The notes beneath the pieces were generated by a model, which was not told where the DNA came from, made no database searches, and saw only the letters and a list, made by a program, of their open reading frames with translations. DNA of 63,728 nucleotides, counting the filler, from Octopus bimaculoides (taxonomy: Eukaryota): assembly GCF_001194135.2 (NCBI RefSeq). It is 9 parts of 7 records of this genome, joined end to end, with 100 filler letters (N's around TTAATTAATTAA, not from the genome) between each part and the next. Parts side by side here need not be neighbours in the genome. Positions count along the whole stretch, not along the records: positions 1 to 26,324 come from NC_068993.1; 8 more parts are not named here. One strand, written 5' to 3'. Below are positions 11,922-24,122 of this stretch, one piece after another. The position numbers and the translations under genes were made by a program. Positions within the stretch are counted from its first letter, which is position 1. Each line of letters begins with the position of its first letter.

Positions 11922-12107
11922 TAAATGTTGGCACAAGGCCAGCAATTTCGAGTGAGTGGGTAAGTTGTTTGCATCGTTCCCAGCGCTCAGTTGGGGCTTA
12001 TTTTATTGACCGCGAAAGGATGAAAGGCAAATTCGACCTCGGCAGAATTTGAACTCAAAACGTAAAGATGGACAAAATGCCGCTTAGCATTTTGCCCGGC
12101 GTGTTAG
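11922..12107 (-). mobile_element. SINE family B
   Basis: GGCACAAGGCCAGCAATTT..GAAAGGATGAAAGGCAAATTCGACCTCGGCAGAATTTGAACTC..GCTTAGCATTTTGCCCGGCG. Confidence 0.85.
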
Positions 12108-12109
12108 GA

Positions 12110-12637
12110 AATGGAATGTGGCGTGATGATCCTGGACTTTGCCAAAAGCCATGGACTTTGCATCACTGGACTTCGTATTCCAGTACTGGTCGTGTGACAA
12201 AGAAGATCGACCACGTACTTGTAGATGGCCGCTGAAGACTCCTAGAGAACTCCAAGGTTTTTTGGAGTTTTAGTTTCTAGGGCATCAACCACAAACTTGT
12301 GACTGAGTTGAGATTGCGACCGAAGAGACTGACGACAACCAACAACTCTTCTCAGAAACTGGGATGCGTCCCGTTACTTGTATAATTCAAAAGTGCCAGC
12401 TTAGACTGTTTGGCCATGTTGCTCGGTTTTCTAGGTCAGATCCCCGGCTGGGTTGACAACTCGCGTTGGTCGACTGCGTACCACATGATCACAACAATTG
12501 AGGAAGTATCTCGCGGAGATGGGGAGTGACTGGGAGAGTCACTTCGATGGGTCACCCGGGAGGACCCGGGAATATACTGACAAATGATGAATGTTGCAAC
12601 GCGCTACAACGGCACATACCCCCATACCTGACCTGAC
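12110..12637 (+). mobile_element. RTE-clade LINE internal-deletion derivative (APE C-terminus fused to post-RT C-terminus)
   Basis: MILDFAKSHGLCITG..TGRVTKKIDHVLVDGR*RLLENSKVF..INHKLV (APE) then LFSETGMRPVTCIIQKCQLRLFGHVARF..DP; tail CCCCATACCTGACCTGACT. Confidence 0.75.
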
Positions 12638-12768
12638 TTATTTATCTATCTGTCTATCTGCCTGTATCTTCCAGTCTGTCTGTATGTATGTCTCTCACTC
12701 TCTCTCACTCTCTCTCTCTCTCACACTCTCTCTCTCACACACTCTCTCTCTCTTTCTCTCTCTTTCTT

Positions 12769-12805
<37 letters not shown>

Positions 12806-13146
12806 ATATATCTATCTATTTATCTGTCTAGCTAGCTATCTGTTTGTCTGTCTATCTATACATATACACACACATATAGATATACACATATATGTAAATA
12901 TATATGTATATGCTTGTTTATTTATACACACACTTACGCATACACACACACACACACACACACACATACACACGTACAAAAGATTCCGTTTGCCTATTGT
13001 TATGGGCTATACACATACACATACATACACATATACACATACATATGCGTGTATACATATATATGTATACTCATTTATACATACACGCACATATGCATGC
13101 ATTACATACATGCATATAAGAATACATTGATAACGCCCTATATATA

Positions 13147-13209
<63 letters not shown>

Positions 13210-13379
13210 TTGTCTGCTAGGATAAGGGTGTTTTATTTTAATGATGTGACGGAAGGATTTATAAAAACATCGTTAATCTAGGAAACCGCTACTTGACATC
13301 TCGCTGGTTCTTCTATTACATAAGCAATTGTGTTGGTTGGGTGAAAAGACGTGCCACGTGCCGTCTGACTCCAGTGTAT

Positions 13380-13671
13380 CAACACCATCATCACTACCAC
13401 CACCATCGCCACCACCATCAACAGCAGCAGTAACAACATCACCACCACCATCACCGCCATCACCACCGCCACCAACGCCACCACCAACACGACGACGACC
13501 ACGACGACGACCACGACGACCACCACCACGATCTCCCCACTACCACCACAACAGCAACAACAACCATTAGAGTCGGTGCTACAATCATCATTGTCATCAT
13601 CATCGTTATAGTCGGCGTTATCCTCCTCGTTCTCCTCCGCGTCGTCATCGTCACCTCATCCTCATCATTGC

Positions 13672-13703
<32 letters not shown>

Positions 13704-13880
13704 CCATCGTCATCACCGTCATTATCGTCACAATCCTCATCATCCTTATCATCTTTATTATCACCTCACTATTGCTCTTATATATACAAACGTATAACGC
13801 GAGTAATAATAATAATAATAATAATAGTAATAATAGTAATAATAATAATAATAATAATAACAACAACAACAATAATAATC
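13380..13880. repeat. (CAC/CAT/CGT)n and (TAA)n microsatellite block
   Basis: Direct reading. Confidence 0.9.
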
Positions 13881-13975
13881 ATATAGATTTTTGAAGTCAT
13901 TTTCGTACATTTGTCAGTCAATTTGATAATAGGGTCATTCAAAATCGCGAAAAAATTAGTGCCATGAAGTTAGTC

Positions 13976-14290
13976 ACCTATTGTATGACATGTGCTCGCC
14001 ATTCTTCCATGGTCTTGCCGGCTGCTTCTGCAACTGCCCGGTCGCCAACCCTTTGCTGCAACTCAGTTCGAGCGAGGTCCCGCTTGACAGCCGCCTTATA
14101 GGTAGAATGCACCATTTCTGTACAATTAAGAAACTGCGAGTAGAACATTTGGACCTCTTGGTACAACATTTGAACCAGGCGGTCCTTTGGACGAGCCCAT
14201 CGAGGCATTCCTGTTCGCCGACTTGTCAGCGTGGGAAAAACTGCAACGTCACTTTTGCGGTGTTGGGAGAAAATAAGTGCAAAAACTTAT
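13976..14290 (-). mobile_element. RTE-like LINE C-terminal fragment
   Basis: RMPRWARPKDRLVQMLYQE..YKAAVKRDL..AVAEAAGKTMEEWRAHV resembles the RTE post-RT motif R-x-P-K-x2-LY-x-E..KD-x-VKRDL. Confidence 0.65.
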
Positions 14291-14383
14291 AATAATAATG
14301 ATTAAGCAGAAAACATATGATATGCAATGCTTTCTTGAACGTGCCGAACTGAACTAATATAATAGTGCTTTTTTTTTCTACAG

Positions 14384-14423
14384 GTAATCTACAAACAAAA
14401 TTATCTTGGTAGAGGAACGGACG
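14384..14423 (+). CDS. Candidate 40-nt coding exon (phase 0-1) VIYKQNYLGRGTD of an unidentified gene
   Basis: Strong acceptor gctttttttttctacag| and donor ACG|gtaaga; only frame 0 is open. Confidence 0.4.
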
Positions 14424-14544
14424 GTAAGAGGATTCAGCAATTTTTGTAGAAATATCTCTTTTTGATCTGTCGTAATTTGTAAAGCAAAAGAGATAATAGT
14501 TCATTCAATATCCGATTGTGCTTTCTGTTTTCCTATTGCGATTT

Positions 14545-14765
14545 ATTTGCAAATGGATGTTGCAATGTTGTTGCTAATGGTAGCTGCGATGTATTTGCCA
14601 ATGGTTGTTGTGATGTATCTGCTAATGGCTGTTGCAACTTATTGCTAATGATAGTTGCGATGTAGAGCTATTAAATGTTGGATGTATTTTATGATGGTTG
14701 CTGTGATGTAGTTGCAAATGGTAGTTACGATGTATTTGCTAATGATTGTCGCGATCTATTTTCCT
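14545..14765. repeat. Degenerate 24-bp minisatellite (about 9 units, GCTAATGGTAGTTGCGATGTATTT)
   Basis: Direct reading of repeated units. Confidence 0.8.
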
Positions 14766-15510
14766 GATTGTAATTGCAATGTCGAGGAAACATCATCCTG
14801 TTGGTAATGAGGATTGTAATCGACTCAACTATTCCTGGATATGAGTATAAAAACTACATCCCTCTGCTAAGCCATGTCGAGCCAGTGTGGCAGATTAGGC
14901 TCAACTACTCAGTATGATCTCTTAGTGGAGAGAATATGCTGAGGTCTTCGTCCTGCAGCGGACTGAACATAAGCAATTCAATCCAATCCATTCCGATGAT
15001 ATATCAAAGTTACAAAAGTCTAGGAAAAACTCAGAAACAGCAGGAATGCATCTCGTGTTTGTACAATACGATAGCATTGTGTAACAAAAATTTTAATTTT
15101 CTTTTTGTGTCTATGGTCAGTAAGTGTTATTTCCTATTTGCTTCTATCTGAAAATCAAAGGACATGACTTCTATTCCCTCCAGATTTTGCTTTTGTGACC
15201 TGGACATCAATGTTTTAAAACTGACCTATTTTCCATTACATTTCAGACAGATTAACCGTCCAGCTGTTGAATCGGAAATATCGTTATAGCAAATATTCTG
15301 CTAAATGCCAGAGATTTGCATGTTAGTTGCTTGACCGTAACTTCTTCAGCGTGTCCTTAAGTGGGGAGTGTCAAAGCAATGTATTGAGAAGGATTCTTTG
15401 GGATTTGAATGAATGTAAGAAAGGCAAAGTTTGGTGGAAATATTAGCCATTTTTCATTCTTTCTAGGGATAAGCAAATACGAAATAATAGTTACTACCCA
15501 AGAACAAAAA

Positions 15511-16824
15511 TGGTCAATATAAAGATCCTCACCCGGGAACAACAAAAAAATTAACCAGCCTGGTGGGTGTTAACAAGTATGTGAAGATCAAATATAAAAA
15601 AAATGGAGGAGGGGACTTTCCTGGAGGAGGAGGGGACTTTCTGAAAATTCACAAGATCCGATTATATATTGATTTTTTTTTTTTACGGTATCTCACGTTT
15701 TTGGTTATGGAGGATACGATTCTTAAAAAAAAATATTTTTCAGAAAATCGCATTTTCAAAATTTCAATTACCCACCACTCACGACCTCCTAATTTTTTAA
15801 CTTTTCCCGGATTTTTTTTTTTTTTTTTTTTTTGTGAAATACGTAGAAAAATACGAAGATTACGATTCTGAGAAAAATTGGTTTCTAAAATTTCAATTTT
15901 TCAATATNNNNNNNNNNNNNNNNNNNNNNNNNNNNNNNNNNNNNNNNNNNNNNNNNNNNNNNNNNNNNNNNNNNNNNNNNNNNNNNNNNNNNNNNNNNNN
16001 NNNNNNNNNNNNNNNNNNNNNNNNNNNNNNNNNNNNNNNNNNNNNNNNNNNNNNNNNNNNNNNNNNNNNNNNNNNNNNNNNNNNNNNNNNNNNNNNNNNN
16101 NNNNNNNNNNNNNNNNNNNNNNNNNNNNNNNNNNNNNNNNNNNNNNNNNNNNNNNNNNNNNNNNNNNNNNNNNNNNNNNNNNNNNNNNNNNNNNNNNNNN
16201 NNNNNNNNNNNNNNNNNNNNNNNNNNNNNNNNNNNNNNNNNNNNNNNNNNNNNNNNNNNNNNNNNNNNNNNNNNNNNNNNNNNNNNNNNNNNNNNNNNNN
16301 NNNNNNNNNNNNNNNNNNNNNNNNNNNNNNNNNNNNNNNNNNNNNNNNNNNNNNNNNNNNNNNNNNNNNNNNNNNNNNNNNNNNNNNNNNNNNNNNNNNN
16401 NNNNNNNNNNNNNNNNNNNNNNNNNNNNNNNNNNNNNNNNNNNNNNNNNNNNNNNNNNNNNNNNNNNNNNNNNNNNNNNNNNNNNNNNNNNNNNNNNNNN
16501 NNNNNNNNNNNNNNNNNNNNNNNNNNNNNNNNNNNNNNNNNNNNNNNNNNNNNNNNNNNNNNNNNNNNNNNNNNNNNNNNNNNNNNNNNNNNNNNNNNNN
16601 NNNNNNNNNNNNNNNNNNNNNNNNNNNNNNNNNNNNNNNNNNNNNNNNNNNNNNNNNNNNNNNNNNNNNNNNNNNNNNNNNNNNNNNNNNNNNNNNNNNN
16701 NNNNNNNNNNNNNNNNNNNNNNNNNNNNNNNNNNNNNNNNNNNNNNNNNNNNNNNNNNNNNNNNNNNNNNNNNNNNNNNNNNNNNNNNNNNNNNNNNNNN
16801 NNNNNNNNNNNNNNNNNNNNNNNN

Positions 16825-16877
<53 letters not shown>

Positions 16878-17045
16878 CAGTAGCAGCAACAGCAGCAGGA
16901 GCAGAGGTAGTAGTTGTAGTAGTTGTTGTTGTTGTAGTTATGTTCTAGTTACGTTGCTCAGCTTAAGATTAGCCTTAAGCGAATGCCCCAGGCTGGTTAT
17001 TATTATTTTTTTTTTGTTCCCGGGTGAGGATCTTTATATTGACCA
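15511..17045. mobile_element. Putative TIR element spanning a gap (about 55-bp inverted termini)
   Basis: TGGTCAATATAAAGATCCTCACCCGGGAAC..CCAGCCTGG (15511-15563) is inverted at 16988-17045; no clear TSD. Confidence 0.6.
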
Positions 17046-17089
17046 CAAAAGTCAGGTTACACAGTGTAAATAAGTCACTCTCTTACATA

Positions 17090-17340
17090 TTCCAAATGTT
17101 TACAAGTGAAACACATTTGCTGCCAAAGATGGATAGAACTAGGTCCAGTTAGGCGACGTGATATATTAGGCAGTTACACGGAGGAGAAGCAGTGTGGGAG
17201 TTGAATGCAAGCATCATTAGACCTAAATGGACATTATTAATGAGATGGTCTGATGCAGACGGAGGCAATGACCCGTTGGGTTAAAGTTGGTCTGGAGGTA
17301 CTAAAGATGTCAAGAGTACTTGGCGAGTCAATATAGCTCC
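17090..17340 (-). mobile_element. CR1/L2-type LINE APE-domain remnant
   Basis: Frameshifted DSPSTLDIFSTSRP..SASDHLI..(A)xW matches the LDL..SDH motifs at the APE C-terminus. Confidence 0.45.
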
Positions 17341-17480
17341 ACTAGTCAGGGGTACAAATATATGTGGATATTTAATTAGCGCTGACAGGTCAAAATAGTA
17401 ATAAAAAAGACAAAATTCAGACTCTGTGTCTGTGGTACTTATGTGGAAGGAGGGAGAATGCCAAGGAGTGGTAACAACTA

Positions 17481-17531
<51 letters not shown>

Positions 17532-17640
17532 CAGTAGCAGCAACAGCAGCAGGAGCAGAGGTAGTAGTTGTAGTAGTTGTTGTTGTTGTAGTTATGTTCT
17601 AGTTACGTTGCTCAGCTTAAGATTAGCCTTAAGCGAATGC
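17481..17640 (+). repeat. Exact direct duplicate of 16825-16986
   Basis: (AGT)n + AGCAGTAGCAGCAACAGC..GCTTAAGATTAGCCTTAAGCGAATGC is identical in both copies. Confidence 0.9.
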
Positions 17641-17744
17641 ACCAGTAACCAAATGCGCTCCAGCCATGACCATCCCATCTTCATGCCTTTAAGATGGAAA
17701 CTTAAGAGATCTGGCTTCAGTCAAATGTCCTCCAGCTCACGAGA

Positions 17745-17960
17745 GAACCGCTAGCTGCTCGCTCGATCGACTTGCTAGAAATAGCAATCAAATCTCTCTC
17801 AAACCATTCCCTACAGTCTTAGCCAAAATAAATAAATAAACAAATAAATAAGTAAATAAATAAATGCTAGATAACTGTTATTCGAAAATACACACAAATA
17901 TCTACAAAAAGGGCAGGAATGTGATAACTAGAAAGCCTTTGATCAAAAGTCTGTTTTTTC
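17745..17960 (+). mobile_element. Repeat family E
   Basis: GACTTGCTAGAAATAGCAATCAAATCTCTCTCAAACC..GCCTTTGATCAAAAGTCTG. Confidence 0.6.
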
Positions 17961-17989
17961 AGATTTAACCATTGGTGATAATGATTAAA

Positions 17990-18242
17990 ATTGTGGCTCC
18001 CAACCATTTTTTACCTAAGAATCCCTCTGCTTCCTATTTGATTCCAGTGGACCCTCATAGGCATTCTAGGTTTTAAAAATCCGATTATATTTTCATAATC
18101 AAAATTTATTAGATATTGTATTAAGAGATGTTAAAATATTTCGAGTGTTGCAGAAGTATAACCAGTTTATTGCACAAATTTTAACCACAAAATCTGACAA
18201 GGACCTCAAAAAACTTTATGAACCCCGGTCGAAAAACATTGG
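17990..18242. mobile_element. hAT-like MITE (degenerate)
   Basis: Ends GTGGCTCCCAACC and GGTCGAAAAACATTG resemble CAGTGGTTCCCAACC/GGTTGAGAACCACTG termini. Confidence 0.4.
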
Positions 18243-19848
18243 GTTAGAAGAATCGAGGAACCGTTAGGGGCATTTTATGAAATTGCAGGAATTGTGAAAT
18301 AATAACTTTATGTTATTTGTCACCTGGTATCTCTGTTGTTAGTGTCAGGTAAGGTAGGAGAATGGATTCCACGTCACCACAGGTTCTTTATTTCACAAAA
18401 ACTTTAAAATACGAGATGTGCCTGCGAATGGAAGTGGTAACCGCGAAGGTTGAGAGCTAGAAAAATAAGTGTACCAAAGAGGTTTAATATTCTTAGGAGA
18501 TGAATCTGGGAGCAGGACTGTTTCACTGTTCAGATGTGTCACTGTCTTCCACACTATGATTCTTACTAAAATTTCAAGGAATTTGTGCACACATAGACAG
18601 ACACACACACATACAAACACACACACACACAAACGCACACACACTCACACATACACACGCACACACACACACTCTCACACACACACACACTCACACACAC
18701 AAACACACACTCACACACACACACACACACATGATTAGGTCAGTGACCTGTGCAGAGTCAGATGACCCCATTGTTATATCAAAAGCATCTAATCTACTTC
18801 ATAATGTGCAATCAAAATCTACTAAAGTCGCTCGCGCAGCAAGTATTATATCTATTTCACGTGGGGACGAATCGGAATTTCTCATGTTATAAATCAGGGT
18901 TTTATTAAGGACGATCGGGTTAATAGTGATATAATAGTTCACTATACCTAGTTGCAAGATATACAATTCTTACTAATTTCTAGAAGCTTAAACCATTCAA
19001 CCATCTCTTGGGTATCTGACCAGAGGGCTAATCAATTTTATATGTATATTTACGTATGTGCTTATAATATTTATAAATACACACGTGCATACATACTTAA
19101 AGATATTCTTCAATAATGTTAATCTTAATAATATAGACTACATACTGCTGGTTGGTACCGCCACCACCACTACCATCTCCTAACCAGCTCCATCACCGCC
19201 ATTGTTAACTACATCTTCCAACAAAAATAAACAAGGAAAGAGAGAAAGGGAGATAAGATAAAACAGAGATAAATGTCAAGTGCATCTCTGACCACAAGTC
19301 TATGTTTTGCACTGGTTCACACCGCTAACAGACAAAATTACAAACCGCGAACAAAACTGAAGGTGCTACCAAGTTCCAGCATCGACCGTTCCTCATTCTG
19401 CAAATCTTTTTCTTCGTAATCTGCACTTCCCTTGATATCTTCCACCCCACCCCGCTCTCTTCCTCTCCGATTTCTTTCAAGATATGGCATCAACTAAGAA
19501 GTAGTTTATATCCGTTTGTTTGTTTAATTCATTTTTTTTAGATAATTATAGTCATAGGATGCGGCCGATATATAAATGATTTGGAAGAAGATTCAAGAGT
19601 ATATATGGGAGAATAGAGTATATAGGTGCATATATGCATATACATACATACATACATACATACATACATACATACATACACACACACATACATACATAAT
19701 ACATACATACATACATCACATTCTCTCTCTCTCTCTATATATATATATATTATATATGTATGTATATTTATATGTGTGTATGTGTGTGTGTACATGTGCG
19801 CGCGTATACGTGCATATGTGTGTGTGTGCATGCGCGTGTGAGTGTGTA

Positions 19849-20105
19849 GCACAGACATGGCTATGTGGTAAGAAGCTTGTTTCTGAACCACATCGTTTCG
19901 GGTTCTGTCCCACTGCGTGGCACCTTGGGCAAATGTCTTCCACTATAGTCTCGAGCCGACAAATCTTTTGAGTGGACTTCGTAGACGGAAACTAAAAGAA
20001 GCCCCTTATATATGTGTGTGTGTGTTTGTGTGTATGTATGTATATATATATGCATGTATATATATGCATGTATGTATATAAATATATATATGTGTATATA
20101 TATAC

Positions 20106-20151
<46 letters not shown>

Positions 20152-20380
20152 ATATACATGAGTGTGTGTCTTCGTGTCTATGTTTGTCCCCCACTGCCAC
20201 TTGACAACCGGTGTTGGCGTGTTTACGTCCCTTTAACTTAGCTGTTCGGCAAAAAGAGACTGATGCAATAAGTATCAGCTTAACAAAAAATAAGTACTGC
20301 AGTCGACACATTCGTCTGCAAAATTCTACAAGGTAATGCCCCAGCAAGGCCGTAATGTAATGACCGAAACAAGTAAAATA
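19849..20380 (+). mobile_element. SINE family A, full length, with expanded internal (TA/TG)n
   Basis: Head, body and tail (CCCCAGCAAGGCCG..TGACCGAAACAAGTAAAA) all present. Confidence 0.85.
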
Positions 20381-21384
20381 TATACATACACACACACACA
20401 CACACACATCATATTATATTAGATTATANNNNNNNNNNNNNNNNNNNNNNNNNNNNNNNNNNNNNNNNNNNNNNNNNNNNNNNNNNNNNNNNNNNNNNNN
20501 NNTATGCTTGGACGTGCTAATATCGAACCCGAGACGTTAGACATTATATAACTTGGTATAAGAGACAAAAATTTAGATGATCATTTTATATTTATGATTT
20601 ACATCAACATAATAAATACATATAACATAAGATTGCATCAAGACAAGTAACATATCTATATATCTTTATTTATAAAGAAATAAGTGTTATATGAGATAAA
20701 AATGTACGTGAAAAGGATAAATGAATAAAGGTTAATATATCAATTAAAAATCATAATAACATTTTAATTTAAGGTTACAAAACGTTGAAATAAGGATTAA
20801 AAGCCGGAAGATACATCGGCAGTAGCGAGAAATCCAGATTATGGATTTAAAAGTTTAGAAGAGTTCCGAAGAAATGTTTATAGAGGGTTATAACGTCAAT
20901 ATGAAGAAATTCGACGGCCGTTTTTGAGATGCAATGTTGACAAAACGTCAAGAGCAACGTCACTATCAACATTTTTTATCTGTGACTCTTCAAATCCCTT
21001 TCCCCTGTGCTACAGGCTGTGCTTTGCCTCGTGCCGAGAAGAGCACACTTCCTCTTGCTTGTCGGGTAAAGCTTCATGTAAGTCCTCCTTCAAGGGCATA
21101 TGAGAACCTTCCACCTTGTTTGAAAATCAGAAGCAAATTACCTTCTTCCTCCCTATCCTCTGAGTAAATTTCTTCGGGAATGGAAGTATTACCTTTCTAG
21201 ACAAATCACATTCCTTTCATTGCCTTTCCCTGAATTGCCTCATATCGAGAAGTTTCTTATGATTCATAACAATTGCAAAAGATCATATGCCGTCGTCTCT
21301 GATAGTGTTGTCGCTGTTGCTGTTGTTGTTGTTGTTGATATTGTTAGCGTTTTCTTTGCTGTTCGTCTGTTTATGCTTTTTATA

Positions 21385-21590
21385 ATTTAGGCTCGGGGCC
21401 AGCAAGTTTTGAGGGAGGAGTAAGTCGATACCATTGGCTCCATTACTTGAGTGATACTATATTTTCTCGATCCCAGAAGGATGCAGGGCAAAGTTGAACT
21501 CGGCAGGAATTTGGTGTTAACGTAAAGAACAATAAGAAATACAGGTAAGCATTGTGTCCGCTGCTCTAACCGTCTGCCAGTCCGTAGCAC
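21385..21590 (-). mobile_element. SINE family B (degenerate)
   Basis: GGCCAGCAAG..GAAGGATGCAGGGCAAAGTTGAACTCGGCAGGAATTTG. Confidence 0.7.
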
Positions 21591-21669
21591 TCAAATGTAT
21601 GGAACACGAGTTCCGAGCTCTCGATAAAAAGTAATTTTTTATTCAGATTGACTTTATTATAATATATGA

Positions 21670-21810
21670 AGGCGTATAGCCTAAAGGCTACGGGGTTTGG
21701 CTCATGCACATAGGGTGTGAGTTCGATTCCTGAGCCATTGGGATGCACTGAGTCCTTGAGTAAGGCGTTAGATTTCGGATTTCTTCAATCTGCTCAGCTG
21801 GAAATGAAAA
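21670..21810 (+). mobile_element. SINE family C
   Basis: GAGTTCGATTCC B-box followed by GTCCTTGAGTAAGGCG..CTCAGCTGG. Confidence 0.6.
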
Positions 21811-22017
21811 CCGACGAAGTTCTGAAGCAACATTTTCTCCTTTTAACTGTCACTTTATACATATTCATCGGGATCAGGAGTGGGAAACCCGAAACGGTGT
21901 CTATAATTTGCCTACGACTATACAAGCATCTAAAACAATTGGTGGGAACCATGATAAATGCAACTAGGTCACACTCGCTTGCAAGTGAAGGCTACGGTTT
22001 TGATTCATAGTTTAATG

Positions 22018-22088
<71 letters not shown>

Positions 22089-22089
<1 letters not shown>

Positions 22090-22310
22090 TATCCCTGTTG
22101 CTATAGGCGCGTTAGGAACCATCCGTAAAGATTTGAACAGATAGATAAAGGAAAGAGATGTAAAACCTAGTTTAGCATAGCCCCAGAAAACAGTGTTATT
22201 AGGGACAGCTAGAATACATAGGAGGGTTCTTGGCATCTAAGGTTACTTGTTGTAGCCCGATGTTTGGGAATTTTTCTTTTCTAACTGTTTAATCTATTGT
22301 GCGTATATAA
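22089..22310 (+). mobile_element. R4/Dong-clade non-LTR retrotransposon 3' end within (TAA)n
   Basis: IPVAIGALGTIRKDL..QKTVLLGTARIHRRVLGI* is the C-terminal motif of R4/Dong RLE proteins; (TAA)n on both flanks. Confidence 0.85.
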
Positions 22311-22369
<59 letters not shown>

Positions 22370-23134
22370 TAATAATAATAATAAAGAGATAAAAAAATAA
22401 ATAAATAATCATAATCGCAATGTAAACCTAATGTACGTCCTAGCAAGAGCGTAAAATTGGGCATTGATTATCAAATACCATAAAAATGTTTCGAGAGTTC
22501 ACTTGTCTATTGAAAATAACAGCAGCTACAATAATAACATTACTTATGACGATGATGACGATGATAATGCTGCTGCAGCTGATGATGATGATAAAGACAC
22601 CGACGACAACGACGATGATGACAACAACGAAAGCAACGTTATTAGCATTAATAGCGTGAGGATTGAAATTTGAATAATCTTATTAATGTTAATAATAGTA
22701 ATAATGAAAATAATGACAGTAACAACAACAACGTCAACAAATCGGAACAACCAACAACAGAAAAAATAACATCAGATATAATCAGAAAGTAATAAATAAA
22801 TGAAGCAAAATCGAAAAACAAGAAAAAGAAACCCAAATGCCGACCAAGATAATAACAAATAACAAATAAAGGAACAAAACAACATTAAAAACATACAACA
22901 AAACAAACGCGCCAACAAAATAAACTGAAAGAAAACAAAAGCAAAAAAATAAAGGATAAATAAAATACTTTGTAAATTATATATATGAATATGTACACAC
23001 ACATATTATAGCAATAAATTCACCACAACAGTGGAACAGGGAACTGCAAAATGCAAGTACAAATAATAATTATGTGTGTGTCCGTGTGTCCGTGTGTATG
23101 CATATATGTGTGCGTCTATACACACACACACACT

Positions 23135-23180
<46 letters not shown>

Positions 23181-24072
23181 NNNNNNNNNNNNNNNNNNNN
23201 NNNNNNNNNNNNNNNNNNNNNNNNNNNNNNNNNNNNNNNNNNNNNNNNNNNNNNNNNNNNNNNNNNNNNNNNNNNNNNNNNNNNNNNNNNNNNNNNNNNN
23301 NNNNNNNNNNNNNNNNNNNNNNNNNNNNNNNNNNNNNNNNNNNNNNNNNNNNNNNNNNNNNNNNNNNNNNNNNNNNNNNNNNNNNNNNNNNNNNNNNNNN
23401 NNNNNNNNNNNNNNNNNNNNNNNNNNNNNNNNNNNNNNNNNNNNNNNNNNNNNNNNNNNNNNNNNNNNNNNNNNNNNNNNNNNNNNNNNNNNNNNNNNNN
23501 NNNNNNNNNNNNNNNNNNNNNNNNNNNNNNNNNNNNNNNNNNNNNNNNNNNNNNNNNNNNNNNNNNNNNNNNNNNNNNNNNNNNNNNNNNNNNNNNNNNN
23601 NNNNNNNNNNNNNNNNNNNNNNNNNNNNNNNNNNNNNNNNNNNNNNNNNNNNNNNNNNNNNNNNNNNNNNNNNNNNNNNNNNNNNNNNNNNNNNNNNNNN
23701 NNNNNNNNNNNNNNNNNNNNNNNNNNNNNNNNNNNNNNNNNNNNNNNNNNNNNNNNNNNNNNNNNNNNNNNNNNNNNNNNNNNNNNNNNNNNNNNNNNNN
23801 NNNNNNNNNNNNNNNNNNNNNNNNNNNNNNNNNNNNNNNNNNNNNNNNNNNNNNNNNNNNNNNNNNNNNNNNNNNNNNNNNNNNNNNNNNNNNNNNNNNN
23901 NNNNNNNNNNNNNNNNNNNNNNNNNNNNNNNNNNNNNNNNNNNNNNNNNNNNNNNNNNNNNNNNNNNNNNNNNNNNNNNNNNNNNNNNNNNNNNNNNNNN
24001 NNNNNNNNNNNNNNNNNNNNNNNNNNNNNNNNNNNNNNNNNNNNNNNNNNNNNNNNNNNNNNNNNNNNNNNN

Positions 24073-24122
<50 letters not shown>

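Noticed and set aside
18343-18354. Possible 6-nt microexon ttag|TGTCAG|gtaagg
   Set aside because: Too short to distinguish from chance without reads
18400-18590. Minus frame LNLFGTLIFLALNLRGYH resembling a Gypsy RT motif
   Set aside because: Similarity too weak and frames broken to call
20890-20960. ATGAAGA...CAAAACGTC as a third hammerhead
   Set aside because: Both core boxes are mutated and there is no convincing helix I
20990-21200. GC-richer unique islands with 70-77-codon ORFs (also 25490-25720)
   Set aside because: No recognisable motif or splice context; lengths compatible with chance
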